From: Eledone cirrhosa
Taxonomy: Eukaryota
Direction: 5' to 3'
Length of the DNA stretch: 64,000 nucleotides
NCBI GenBank assembly: GCA_964016885.1
Contig: OZ024740.1
Location: 136,834,001-136,898,000, forward strand
The position numbers were made by a program, and so were the translations under genes. Below, in pieces: positions 26,680 through 40,200 of this stretch. The notes under the pieces were generated by a model that saw nothing but the letters and a program-made list of their open reading frames with translations, did no database searches and was not told the DNA's origin. Each line of letters opens with the position of its first letter. Within the stretch, counting starts at the first letter, position 1.

Positions 26680-28470
26680 ATTGCGAAGCAGTGTCAGAGA
26701 AAATCATGACAAGTGTGTCTGAGATGATAATGGCTCAAAAGAAAGTAGTAAGGATGTGCCAATATGACAGACAGATGAATGAAGAGAATGCATGGGAGGA
26801 AGAGAGTCTGCTGCAAGTGGATCCAATAGAGGGACCAGCTGTACAGGTCAGCCGCATTGTAGTAAGGCAATTAAGGATAGGAAGAGAGGCAAAGCAGCTG
26901 GACCATTGGGGATAGTTGGTGAGATGTTGAAAGCATCTGGGATGGCAGGTCACACTATAACTACCTGTATTGTAAAACATGTAATACAAAATGGTATCAT
27001 ACCCAATCACTAGCATAGCATCATCAACTGCTACAAGGGCAAAGGAGATGCATTAGATAGATGGAACTATTGAAACATCAAATTGATGGACCATGTAATG
27101 GAAGTTACAGAAAAAGTTATCGCACAGCTGATTAGAGATCGAATTAACCTAAATGAGATGTAGTTTGGAGTAGTACCAGATAAAGGTGCCACTGATGCCC
27201 ACTTTCTTGTAAGGCAACTGCAGTAAAAGTACCTAGCTAAAAGTAAGCCCCCATACTTGGTATTTGTTGACCTGGAAAAAACATTTGACAGAGTCCCCCA
27301 TTCCATAATCTGGTTGGTGTTTAAAGGTAGATGAATGGCTTGTGAGGGCAGTACAAGCCATGTACTGAGGAGCAGTTAGCAAGGTTAGAATCAATAATGA
27401 TTGAAAAGTTTACTGTGCAAGTGCGTGTCCACCAGGGCTTTGTTCTTAGCCCTCTCCTGTTTATTATCATCCTCCAGGCTATAATTAAAGAGTTTAAAAC
27501 AGGCTACTTATGGAAACTCCTATATGCCACATAGCCAAATCTATAGTAGAATTAGAGAAGAAATCCAGATCTGGAAGCATGACTTGGGATCAAAAGGCTT
27601 TGAAGTCAACTTGGCAAAGACTTAAGTCCTAGTAAGTAGAAAGGAAAACAAGGCCCTGATCCTTTCAAGGAAATGGCCTTTCTCAGTATGCAGGAAAGGA
27701 ATGGGTAGAAATTCTATCCTATGTCCCAAATGCATACCATGGGTACACAAAAGATGTAGCAGGATCACAGGCAGGCTAGCCAAGAATGTAGGTTTTATAT
27801 GTGATTGATGCACAGGTGCAGTAAGCAAGCAAGTATTCACAGGTAACAAGCTCTATCAAATCCTCAGAGGGTGCTGTAGAAGCAGTTGACAGCTTCTATT
27901 ACCTGGGTGACCAATTTAGCAAGTAGAAGTGGGTGTTCAGAAAGTACAGTAGCCAAGGTGTAAATGAGATGGAAAAAAGTTCAGGGAGATACTACCACTG
28001 CTAACTACAAAAGGTTTTACCCTCAAAATGAAAGGCAGATTGTATGATGCTTGTGTATGAACAGAACAGCGACACTGCATGAAAGTGAGACCTGGGCACT
28101 GTGCTTAGGGTCTATGAAGATTGAAAAGAAATATAGCTGCATGCACTGATGGATGTATAATAGTAGTACTCTTGAATGGTGAAGCATTAATGAACTGAGA
28201 GAGAAATTGAGCATAAGAGAGGTCAGATGTAGTGTGCAAGAGAGGAGATTGCCTTCGTATGGATATGTGATTCTCATGGAGGATGACAGCTGCATAAAGA
28301 GGTGTAGGGTGCTTGAAGTTGAAGGAAACTATGGAAGACCTAGGTAAGCCTTAGTTTGAAGTGATAAAAGCTGACCTTGTACAATTAAACTTCTCAAAAA
28401 CAACGACACAGGATCGAGATTTCTGGCAATATAGTGTACTGCAGAAAATCCGCCTTCCCATGTGCACAGG
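26680..28470 (+). mobile_element. Old, heavily mutated RTE LINE in ECHDC3 intron 8
   Basis: Colinear with 19932-21600 (DPIEGPAVQV, GKAAGP.GIV.EMLKASG, FVDLEK.FDRV) with many stops. Confidence 0.9.
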
Positions 28471-28673
28471 ATGAAACAAACATTTAGAGTACACTAGTTT
28501 GCACTAAATCCTCTCTTCCTACCTGTCTAAACTATAAAAAAAAATCAAATACAGGGTTAAGGTTTAGGAAATGAGAATATGAATACGACTTGAAGAAGAG
28601 AGATGTACAAGTGTTCTGATGGCATTAGAATTCTTGTGTTTATGCTTTGTACTTTTTCTTTTCTATTTGTTAG

Positions 28674-28780
28674 ACTTTGAAGATTGCCCAACGAATATGT
28701 GAAAACAGCCGAAGTGTTTTGTCGTTAGGTAAGGCAGCATTTCAAGTGCAGATGAATATGGACCGAGATTCTGCATACTA
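28674..28780 (+). CDS. ECHDC3: ECHDC3 exon 9 (TLKIAQRICENSRSVLSLGKAAFQVQMNMDRDSAY-Y)
   Basis: TAG / TA|GTAAGT; phases consistent. Confidence 0.94.
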
Positions 28781-29034
28781 GTAAGTTGCAAGTAATGATT
28801 GTGAAAATTTGAATGTTGGTTGCCTGTTCTTTTTTGTTTTTTAAAATCTTTTTCTTTCTTCTGTCATTGAAACAGGACCACACTGGGGCATCTCCAATGT
28901 TTTAGTCAATTGTATCAATCTTTTTATTCATTTTATTCTGCTAGTTATTTTATTGATCACTATTTGTTGAACTGCTAAGTTCATAAAGGATACAAAGGTA
29001 TGCAAGACATCACTTTCTAATCCTTTATTTAGAT

Positions 29035-29490
29035 CAAGGGTCGGCAACCTTTTGGGGTGTGCGGGCCTCATTGCTATACAGTGTCTTGTCGGTGGGCCAC
29101 AAAAGTATGTAGTATCTCGTCGGCAGGCCATGATATCAAAATATAAATTTGCTCGACCTCAGACTGCTCTGTCCAGAAGGAAACCTTAATCCCGGGATTA
29201 ACAATGAATTTAATGTGATATTGGTTTAATGATATTTCTTTCTACAAATAAAATACAGACAGAAATGGTCAATTGTTTAATGATTGTTTGTTTGTTAATG
29301 TCACGCAAAAAATTACATTCAGTTAAGTTAGTTATGTGGTTAGACATGTTCTCTAGTCGGTATTCAAATCCAATTATAATTCAGAGTACTTTTTCAGGGA
29401 TCACTTAGCCTAAGATTGAAACCTTGGTGGGCCGGACAAAAATCCTTGGTGGGCTGGATGTGGCCTGCAGGCCGGGATTGGCGACCTCTG
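29035..29490. mobile_element. hAT (Charlie-type) MITE
   Basis: TIRs CAAGGGTCGGCAA / TTGGCGACCTCTG; 8-bp TSD ATTTAGAT/ATCTAGAT. Confidence 0.85.
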
Positions 29491-30044
29491 ATCTAGATCC
29501 TACAGATGTCTGTGGGATTGTATAAAATAACAAGTATTACATATAGGGAAAATGACCCTCATGTCTTCTTTTGTTAAAGGAAATGAATTGGCAGTTATGA
29601 ATATTGTTATATTTGGGGAGGGTCATGTTGTTATAATATTGTCAGAAATATATAATAAAACACACTCACTCTTTGGTTTGGGTTGGTTTTCACTTCAGTA
29701 TATTTTATATCTCTATAGTTAATTTAGCTGGTAATAGATATAAATATATATAGTCTCTTAGAGTTCTTTTGTCACACACCTATGACATCATCAGTGATAC
29801 TATTATGTTTCCTCCTGTTGTATTGCTGTAATGTTTACTTATTCTATTTTATTTATTTATTTATTGTTGTCTCAGTTTGCGCATGCAAAACAAATTCATT
29901 GCTGTCACAGAGTTATTAATGTATATGACAAAATGCCTTGTGGTATTTGTTCCTGCTCTCTGTGCTGTGAGTTCAAATCCCATTGAGGTTAACTTTGCCT
30001 GTCATCATTTCAATATCAATAAAATAATGTATCAATCTGTTCAT

Positions 30045-30230
30045 GGTGGGGGATTGGCAGAATTGTAAGAGTATCAGACAAGATTTCCAGCATAGTTACG
30101 TCCCTTTACGATCTGAGTTCAAATCCCGCCGAGGTTGACTTTGCCTTTCATCCTTACAGGGTCGATAAAATAAAGTACCAGTAATGCACTGGGTATTTGC
30201 TGGCCTTGTGCCTAAAGTAGAAACAATTAT
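30045..30230 (+). mobile_element. tRNA-derived SINE
   Basis: Near-identical to 51033-51215 and 43921-44111. Confidence 0.85.
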
Positions 30231-30670
30231 TTGTTGTAGTTCTTTGCATTCTGAGTTCAAACCTCACTGTGGCTTACTGTTGCTCAATTTAACACCACCA
30301 TCTGGCCATTGTGGTATTTAGTTAGAATTGATTTTTCACTCCTCTTGGCAGATCAAAACACTGTAAAGTGCAGAAACATATGTAATCAAGAAGCATATCC
30401 CCAATCTGTCTGAGAGGTCAGTAACTCCAATTTCAGTGCTGACTTTTGACATTGAATGATGATGATGATGCAAATTTTTTTTCAATGAATTTTATTGCTT
30501 AACTTTTGCTGATGGTTGTCAACTTTGCCTTTCATCTTTCCGGGGTTGGTAAAATAAAGTCTTGGCTCAATGTAATTGACATCTTTTCCAAAATTGCTGG
30601 CCTTGTGCCTAAATTAGAAACCCATATTATTATTATCATTATCATCCTTGTCTTCTCTATGTTTTTGCAG

Positions 30671-30773
30671 CTACACTGAGAAAATAATGGTGTGTAATCT
30701 AAGTAAGGAGGATGGACAAGAAGGTATTAAAGCATTTCTGGAGAAGAGACGTCCTCAATGGTGCCACAAATGA
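30671..30773 (+). CDS. ECHDC3: ECHDC3 exon 10, last coding exon (YTEKIMVCNLSKEDGQEGIKAFLEKRRPQWCHK*)
   Basis: CAG acceptor; DGQEGI.AFLEKR.P.W motif; TGA stop; several AATAAA downstream to about 31445. Spliced CDS totals 873 nt (290 aa). Confidence 0.96.
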
Positions 30774-32604
30774 TAACTGTGTCTCACTACATGAGGACAT
30801 TACTTGGATACACACATGCACATAAGGACACACACACACATACATATATACATGAGGACATACACATATACAGAAGGACTCACAGAGTAATAAACCAACA
30901 GGATCAAACACATTCACTTATGCAAAGTATGCACATATAAATTCATATATATCACAATACACACATGCATACATACACTTGCAAACATATACACTCACAT
31001 ATATACACACATATGTACACATACTAATATGTACAAGTACATACACACACACACACATACACAAACATACAAATATATACTCTGTCTTGGATTCTGTGTA
31101 TACATATATTGCACAGTGTGTTCTGTAACTAACCAATCCACCAGCCAATCAATTAATAAATTAACCAACTAACCAATAAATCAAAGAACTGAAACTATGT
31201 AATATCTTTGTTATAGCATTCCTTGCCATCAACACACAGGTTCCCATTCCCACTACCATGTGATATTTATATAATTCAAATAATTTTTTCTACCTGCTCC
31301 CTAACCCCTCCATGTAATTTTATGATCCCATTAAAATATTAATGGAATTTGTTGATTTAGATTAAACTGATTTTTTAAAAAGAAATAAACAAATAAATGA
31401 AATAATAATATTTGGGAAAAAAAACTTTTTTTTACTTGTAAATAAAGGGTTTAATTATTTAGAAAATATTAATTTAACAATTTCCTTCTTTTTTTTTTAT
31501 TAAATTACCAAATTAAAAAATTTCTTTGTGTGTGGTCTCTTTTGTTAATGCTTTTGGTCATTTATTATTATATTTTTTTTTTACATTTAATTAACTTTTT
31601 TTTAACACTGTTCAAATCCAGCTGAGATCAACTTTGTCTTTTATCAGACGATAACATATAGTACCAGTCATATACTGGGATTGATATCAATTGTTCCCTT
31701 TCATCCAATTTTCTAGCCCTGTGCTTATGTTAAAAATTATTGCTTAGTCAGGAGGAATGGCAGTGCACATTACTCTTTTCAGGGCCTCTAAGATTGGTGG
31801 GAGGGTGATATCCGCAAACTAGGGACTTGTCTTAAATATTTGCAACAGAGTGGCCAAGTTGTGGTGTGTTAAACTGGATAACAGATTAAGTCTTCCACTC
31901 AAGTAGGTTACAAGGTTTGAATTCAGAAAACAAAATCTGAAAGAAAAACTGCAAATCAGTATTTCCAATGCTCTAACAATTCTGCCAGTCTAGACTGGTA
32001 CCTTATGTTATCAACCCTTCAAGGGTGAAAGGGGTGGGGAATTGACAGAGGTGTTAGATTGTTGGATAGAATGTTTTATGGTATTCATTCTGGCTCTCTG
32101 CACTGTGAGTTCAAAACTCGCCAATGTCAACTTTGCCTTTCATCCCTTTGAGGTCAATAAAAAGAATACCAATTCAGTAGTGGGGTAGATCTTCCTCTAT
32201 TCCTCTCTATCACAGGCTCAATAAAATACCAGTTATGCTCTGGTGTTCATTTAATTATGGACTACAACATTTACAATCTACTAATAAACAGCATCACTAA
32301 CAAATATATGATAGCTACAGATAACAAATTATTCTTTAAATAACGATATAAAAGCTATAGCCTTGAACATCACATAGATAACAAGAGTAGAAATCCTAGC
32401 ATTTAAAATTCTTATGTAACTATCGATGATTACAAGTATTTTGAAGAACTCCTTACCCATACTTCATTAATCCAGCAAAAACTGAAGTAGGAAAAATCAG
32501 TAAAAAATATACGAGATAAACTCAACAACAATATTTAGAAAAGCTCCATATTAGCACTTAATGCATTGATTATATATTGGTTTACTTACATCCCAGATAT
32601 TCAA

Positions 32605-33570
32605 CATCATCATCATCATCATCATCAACGTTTAACGTCCGTGTTCCACGCTTGCATGGGTTTGGACAGGGGTTTTCCCACTTGAGGCAAGAGTAATTGT
32701 CTTGCTCGCATAGGACTGTCTGGCGGGTTTTCTACAGCTGGATGCCCTTCCTAACACCAACCACATTTACAGTGTGGGGCTGGGAGGTTTTTACCGTGTT
32801 GCCTACACGGCCACATTACAGCGTGGACTGTCTGGCGGGTTTTCTACAGCTGGATGCCCTTCCTAACACCGACCACATTTACAGTGTGGGGCTGGGAGGT
32901 TTTTTACCGTGTTGCCTACATGGCCACATTACAGTGTGGACTGTGTGTTTTTTGTCGTGACACCTACACGATCTCATTTGTTTCGGCCTGGATGTTGTGG
33001 CACCAACATAACTATACATTGAAAGGGGTGGTGGGACGGGGGTGTATTTTGTTAGAGATGCCTACTGACTGTAGTAGGTTTTACTTTGTATTTAGGTAAG
33101 GCGGGTCTTCTCTATTACTGAGTACTGCCAAAGGTCTCAGTCCAGTGACATTGTCTTGGAGAGGTGTAAGTGTGTGAGGTCGGAATTTATCAGCTCGTCC
33201 CAGGTTTTTCTGGGTCTGCCTATTCCGTGGCTACCGTCTATCTTTATTGCCCTGCACTTTGTTATACAGCTATCGTCTTTCATGCGCATCATGTGACCAT
33301 ACCAATGTAGCCTTCTCTCGAGTAAACAACATCTGATCCCTCTTTTTCTAATTTTTTCCTTAGTTCGTTTATGCTTTGCCGTTCACATATATTACTATTA
33401 CACATCCAGCGGAGCATGCAAGCTTCGTTCCTCTCTAGTCTGCGTATATCCTCTGCACACAATGCCCAGGTCTCACTGCCATGCAACATTGCTGTTCGTA
33501 TGCAGGCATCATACAACCTGCCTTTCAATTTTTAGGGAGAACCCTTTAGCGGCTAATAGTGGTATAAGCT
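32605..33570 (-). mobile_element. 5'-truncated RTE LINE
   Basis: ORF 33289-33528; 3'UTR nearly identical to 157-700. Confidence 0.95.
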
Positions 33571-33830
33571 CATGTGTATGCATTCACCTAATTTGATATT
33601 GAATCCTATCCATACATCACTAAACATCTATTATTAAAAGTCCTAGAATTTGTGAAACTGTATTGCACCATAACAGAAAACTTCATACAAATTATAATGA
33701 ATGCCAGGAAATTTATCCTACTATCTTACAAAAACTGATGAGAAAGCATAACACACACCACTTCAATGAAAGCATGCAAGCTCATGATCCTGCAGAAATT
33801 TCGAAACTAATTGGATTATATATTCTTAAC

Positions 33831-34030
33831 TTAATCCTTTAGCATTTAAACCGACTGTAACTGGCTAGAATTCTCTCACCTCTTTCTGTTCAAACCGGCT
33901 GCAACTGGCCACTCATACTGATGTTAAGGTATTGTTCTCAGAATCTCAGTGATTCGATATTATGTGAGGTAAAGCCTTTATTGTGAAAAATAATAGTATA
34001 TGTAGAGTAATGTAAAAGCTAAAGGATTAA
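33831..34030. mobile_element. piggyBac-type MITE (TTAA flanks)
   Basis: TTAA-TCCTTTAGC...GCTAAAGGA-TTAA. Confidence 0.75.
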
Positions 34031-35439
34031 TACAACAAATTCTATACCATTAACGGAGTTATCTATAGAGGTGATGGCCTATTAATCTCCAAAAGCATAA
34101 ACAATCCTCAAGCACATATGAAAGGACCTAACCTAACCAAACCAAACGATACAATGACGAATGACCAGCTAGTTATCTGGCTCCAATCTTAGTCTAAAAC
34201 AAGTCTGAAATCAACGATAAAAACGCATCCAAGATGACTGTCAATGTGCATGCTCTCTATCATGTCAAGGGAGGTCACTGATAGCATAGCAATTTTCCAT
34301 TACAATTGTATTAAGTAGTAGTCTCGAAATAGTCAATTTCTTAGACTTAACATTCAACTTTAGTGATAAAAAAATTCCACTCTTACAGTAAACAAAACGA
34401 ATCTCGGCAAACTTTTACGTCGAACACACACACGTGCATGCGCACACACATGTATATGTGTGTGTATTTGTACATACATACCCTGGGAAGCACTGAGAAG
34501 ACTAACATCTTCACTGTTTTGCAAAAGATTTTGAAGGACTTGTTGCAGATCGGAAGGTCTGGAGGAGAGGTGTATACAATGATGTGTAACAGTTTGAAGC
34601 TGAATGCACTAAACAACGTATTTGAAGAACAGTTTGTCACCATTGTCAAATTCGGTCACCCTACAACATGCCTCCGGATAAATAATATAATATATACTAC
34701 GTATAAATAAATATTATATATTTTTTATTTTACTATATATGTATTATTTGATATTTAATATACTATTATATCATCTCTACCGCCCCACCCCTCTTCGGCT
34801 GCAGTGCCCCCGTGGACATTCTCACCCCCCCCCCCCCTCGTGGGTGGTAGCACCCACTTTGCGAACCTCTTAGTTTAGAGTAAACGTAATGTATCTATGA
34901 AAAGAAAAAAAACTGTAAACAGTAAACTGATGAGGACACAACGCCTGAAATTCAGGCATTAAAGTATTCTTTTTTTTTGTGTGTATAGAGGTTTCAACCC
35001 TTATTCTTGATAAAACAGTACCAATAAAGTACTCATGTCGATTTATATTCTTATAACGCAACCTAGATATGAATGGAATTATTATAATAGAAGACATGAC
35101 AATTAATTTCATCATATTTTGTTTTATTTTTATTCTATTTTATTTTATTTCATTTTATTTTGTCATAGCAAAAGGTTGAAGGTGCAATGTAGTCTGTTGT
35201 TGGTGTTGGGGTTACAATTCCGAACTGAGTCATTATTCAAATAAATGTCACGTGTCAATTGCCAACATTTTTTAAAATAATTAATAAGGTAGTCAGGGGC
35301 AATTCCATGACTTGGTTGGAGTGAAGCTGTCGATGTCAATTGTAAACCCACAGGTAAATATTTGTAGAAAAAGAGAACATGGGTGGAGTGCGAACCGGAA
35401 TCTCATCCGAATACTTGCAATAGAGTGGATACTGCGAAT

Positions 35440-36010
35440 GTCACCCAAGGACTTAATGATGGTGTTAAACCAGGTGACGTTCTAGGCTTACTATAAAATC
35501 TAGCTGCATGGAAAACAAACAAAGAAAAACAATTGGTGGTGTTAAACTGGGCGATGTCTCAAGCTTACTACTATCGAAAGTAGGTGTATGGAAAGACCAA
35601 GTGGTGGTGTTAAACTGGGTGACGTCTTTGGCTTTCTTTTAAAATTAGATGCATGGAAGTATCAAGTGATGCTATTAATATGGGTGACGTCTCAAGCACA
35701 GTAATAAAATAAGGGGTACTGAAAAAAAAACCCACAACAACAGGTGGTGATGTTGACTAGGACATATTTTAGGCATACTACTATCAAAACTAGGTGCACA
35801 GAAGGAACATGTACTGGTGTTAAACTGGTTGACATCTTAGTCCTCAATAAAAAAAAAATTAAGGGAAGAGTAAGAAGAAGTAGTAGTGTTAGACCGGGCA
35901 ATGTTTTAGTTTTACTATCGAAGCTAGAGGCACGGAAGGAACGGGTAGTGGTGTTAAACTCGGCAAAGTTTTAGGATTTCTCTGAAAACTAGGTACATGG
36001 AAGGAAGAAA
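35440..36010 (+). repeat. Degenerate tandem repeat, about 65-75 bp unit, about 8 copies
   Basis: Recurring ggtgttaaactgg(g)tgacgtct...tactat..aaactagg(t)gcatggaa. Confidence 0.75.
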
Positions 36011-36988
36011 TAATGTTGTTTTTGTTTCGCCCCATATTGGTCCTGACAGATCAGATCTTTGTCATGCACCCTTTGTTCTTTAGTTCCAGGTCAGGATTGA
36101 TCGAGTAGACCTATGATAAAAAATATGCCTTTTTTGAGGCATTGTTGTTTACTCCAGACTATATTGTCTAATGTGTGTTTTTATAAAGACGGTAAGCAAA
36201 GAGATTACAAACAAGCGTTTGAGCAGCATTTTAAGCATACCACCAAAACTCGATGTACCATGAACTAGCTGTTGTTGCTGGTATTAAGGTTGTTATTGTT
36301 GATGTTCTTTAGCGCCAGATCAATTTAATCGAGCAGAAAGGTCTTCAGATTGTGACGATTTCACTTTTTTTTAGGGATATCTAAGACTACATTATCCAAT
36401 ACGCCATTTTAAGATAACATGGTATATTTGGAGGCAAATTTGGATGCTATTTCTAACATATCGAGTGACCATGTAGATGCTCATTCTAAGCCTGGTACCT
36501 GGCCAACAATGGCTGAAATTAACATCAGCAAATCTAATTTAATTTGTGCACGGTTTTGTAGATATTTATGTGAAAGTGTAGGTGGGTGTGCGCGAGTGTG
36601 GATAGCTCAATCATCAACAAATGAAAGAACTCTTTAAGCACTATATAAACATATACAGGTCTCATGAACAACTGTCTAACACGGAGTTAAACAATTCTAA
36701 CAGAAGCGTCTGAATTAGTTAGAATCTGTTAGAATCGTCTAACTCCGTGAAACCTTAGGTAATGGAATAATTATATTGTGTTGTTTATTACATAATTAAA
36801 TAGCTCTGTACTATACATAGAGCACTCTCCTTTCCTTTACCTTTTACACGGAAATACTTAACACACACACATACACACATTTATATATATATATATATAT
36901 ATATGTAAAATGTAAACAGAAATAACACAATCGGTACAGTATATGGAAAGGATATATTAGGTTAACGCTTGATATAGCAGGAAGAGGG

Positions 36989-37024
36989 TCTTAACGTTTC
37001 GGACGCTAGCCCTTCATCAGAAGA
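36989..37024 (-). ncRNA. Minimal type I hammerhead ribozyme with intact core
   Basis: Minus strand: tctt-CTGATGA-a-gggc-tagc-gtcc-GAAA-cg-TT-aaga; stem I tctt/aaga; loopless palindromic stem III (ACGT). Confidence 0.85.
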
Positions 37025-37667
37025 AAGAATGAAAAATAAGATAGATTGAGGGGACGGGCGGGTTGGAATTGGAAAAAATGTCTTTAGATAAAAATAACTG
37101 GTCCATTCATGTTGACATCTCTTGCAAAACTGTTGGTGCTGGCGTTTTGTGTATGATTTATTTTTTAGAAAAGTGGATGATGGAGCGCAGGACCCCGACG
37201 GCTGCGCTCCTGCCGTTTCAACAGCTAGATTCGAACGAGGTCCCGAATCCTCCATATTACCCCCTATACTACCCCAAGTATCGAGTAATCTGGTGAGTAA
37301 TGGTCTAATTAGTTTTTACTGCATCCATTCTGATTTATACATATATATATATGTGTATGTGTGAGTGAGTGAGTGTCAGTGTGTGTGTGTGTGTGAGTAA
37401 GTGAGTGAGTGAGTGTGTGTGTGTGTGTGTGTGTGCGTGTGTGTGTGTGTGTGCGTGTGATCTATATGTACATGTCTTGAACGTAACACAACCGATGGGA
37501 AGGTTTAATCAAAAACTGCTCGGTAGATATTTAATAAATTAGGATATGAATAGAGCTCAGATATTAGTCTATACGATAGATATGGAAGACAGCTTCTAAA
37601 GAATGACATAAAACAGACGACGAACACACACACACACACATATGTATATTCATACATATGCACACAT

Positions 37668-37716
<49 letters not shown>

Positions 37717-37792
37717 CGAGGGAAAAGTGGTAAGGAACCAGGTGGACCATAACGCACCAAAGTACTCAATACTTAGGGTAGTAGAGTGGGAA

Positions 37793-37897
37793 ATAGGAGT
37801 AAGTAAGACCCCGACGGCTGAGCTCAAGCCGTTTCGACGGCTAACGTTAATTAGCCGTCGAAACGGCTTGAGCTCAGCCGTCGGGGTCTTACTTACT

Positions 37898-37902
<5 letters not shown>
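37793..37902. repeat. Perfect fold-back palindrome (52-bp arms, 6-nt loop) with a hammerhead 3' half in each arm
   Basis: ataggagt...ggctaa-cgttaa-ttagcc...actcctat; the arm reads tagccgtc-GAAA-cggc-ttgagctca-gccg-TC-gggg. Confidence 0.92.
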
Positions 37903-37957
<55 letters not shown>

Positions 37958-38109
37958 AGGACTGAGTGCTCTACCACTACGGATATTACTTTCCAGTGTT
38001 CCATCACTATATATATATGTGTGTGTGTGTGTGTAATATGAAAAGGGTCAAGACCCCGGCGGCTGAGCGCCGGCCGTTTCGACAGCTAGATCTTACCACA
38101 CCCTTTTTC

Positions 38110-38573
<464 letters not shown>

Positions 38574-39363
38574 GCATCGTCTCTACTTGTTATTGAACAC
38601 AGATCTGTTTATTAACCATATTACTTTACTTTGCTGTTGTCTTATCCCTTGTTGTTGATGTTGTTGTTGTTGTTCTTGTGCTTTGGTTCTTGTTATTGTT
38701 GTCGTTGTTCTTGTTGCTGTTTCTCTTGTTATTCTTGCTGCTGTTGTTGTTACTGATCTTTTTGTTGTTCTTGTTGTTTCTGTTGTTGTTCATCTTAATG
38801 TTGTTGGTGCTGTTGTCTTTCTTATTAGTACTATTAACAAAGGTTAAAGAATTTAGCCTGAAAATATTTGCATTTTTCTAAAGAACATAACAAGTAGTAT
38901 TGTCAAATTGGTTCATAGAATTGAGAAATGATTCCTACTGTTACCAAATTTCAATGAAATGGTATTTTCTGTCCAAGAGCAGAGCTTTGTTTGTAGTTAA
39001 ATATAGTTAAATGTAACTCCAAAACATTTCACCAGGAGCAGGTCGATGTCAAGCCACAAAGAAATGAGACAATTGCTGAAAGTTTGGTATTGATGCTCAA
39101 AACAAAACGATGTTAAAAGATGGTAAATGTCAGAGCTATGAGCAAATTTTTTCACTTCTGTTTTTCATTTCTTTTATATTTTCTTTACTCTCAGAAACTT
39201 ATTTCTTTTGTGTAGGTATTGATTTCTTTTGATTGAACAAAAAATGTTCAAGAGCTAATTTAATGGCGGTGTATGAAATCGTTCCCTATATATGTGTATG
39301 TATGTGTACACACACACGCACAAATATATATGTATATATATATACATACATATATATATATAT

Positions 39364-39400
<37 letters not shown>

Positions 39401-39408
<8 letters not shown>

Positions 39409-39717
39409 TAAGAGGAATTCCAACTTTGTCTGATTTACTCGTTTTATTTACAATCCTTTAAAATATATATAATGGTATTATAATGAAAAAGTACTTTCAT
39501 GCTTTCGCAATCTTCAGGTTCATGATATGTGGTGACAGTCGAGTTTGCAATTTTCAACAGTTGAAAATTGCAAACTCGACTGTCACCACATATCATGAAC
39601 CTGAAGATTGCGAAAGCATGAAAGTACTTTTTCATTATAATACCATTATATATATTTTAAAGGATTGTAAATAAAACGAGTAAATCAGACAAAGTTGGAA
39701 TTCCTCTTATTAATATA
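39401..39717. repeat. Perfect 317-bp palindrome (158-bp arms, 1-nt centre at 39559)
   Basis: The arms reverse-complement exactly; the ORF track shows the same 63-aa peptide on both strands, differing only at the centre. Confidence 0.97.
39595..39635 (+). ncRNA. Minimal type I hammerhead (mirror copy on - at 39483-39523)
   Basis: atgaac-CTGAAGA-t-tgc-gaaa-gca-t-GAAA-gtac-TT-tttcat; palindromic stem III GTAC; one mismatch at the base of stem I. Confidence 0.8.
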
Positions 39718-40019
39718 ATCTTCTATACACAATCATACACACCCGTGTATATTTACCTATCTATATCTATATATATATATATAGATATCTATGAACCACC
39801 TAAGAGAACATTAGTCTACGACTTCTTTTATACCATAAACGTGGTTCTGCCTTTGTGTGTAATTGTTTTTTACCGCTCCTATTAATGACGTATTATATTC
39901 GTTTTTTCCCGTTCTTTGCCAGGGAACGTTTCCACGAACCAAAGTATCGTCTTCCTGTCTTCCTCCGGTTGCAACGTTTTTTGAAATATCCAGTTCTGCG
40001 TTTACAGATTGACTTTGTT

Positions 40020-40070
40020 AGTTTCAGAGGATCCCGTTAAGGGTGAAAGCAGCGATTCTTTGCTTAAACT
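40020..40070 (+). ncRNA. Type I hammerhead with a U4A core change
   Basis: agttt-CAGAGGA-t-ccc-gttaa-ggg-t-GAAA-gca-gcgattctt-tgc-TT-aaact; all three helices pair; (TA)n follows. Confidence 0.78.
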
Positions 40071-40086
40071 TTAATCTATTATTTTA

Positions 40087-40200
<114 letters not shown>

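Larger units (their letters stand above)
32270..34110 (+). mobile_element. Old Penelope-like (Naiad-type) RT remnant interrupted by an RTE and a MITE
   Basis: Manual translation LINPAKTEVGKISKK, FDIES, IQIIMNARK, AHDPAEISKLIGLYILN and IYRGDGL, colinear with the element at 60019-62520. Confidence 0.7.

Noticed and set aside
34927-34957. Possible hammerhead CTGATGA-gg...cc-t-GAAA
   Set aside because: No stem III/NUH or stem I partner follows, only a small gcctgaa/ttcaggc hairpin; at most a fragment.
39444-39674. Pair of near-identical 63-aa ORFs on opposite strands
   Set aside because: A by-product of the palindrome; no recognisable protein.
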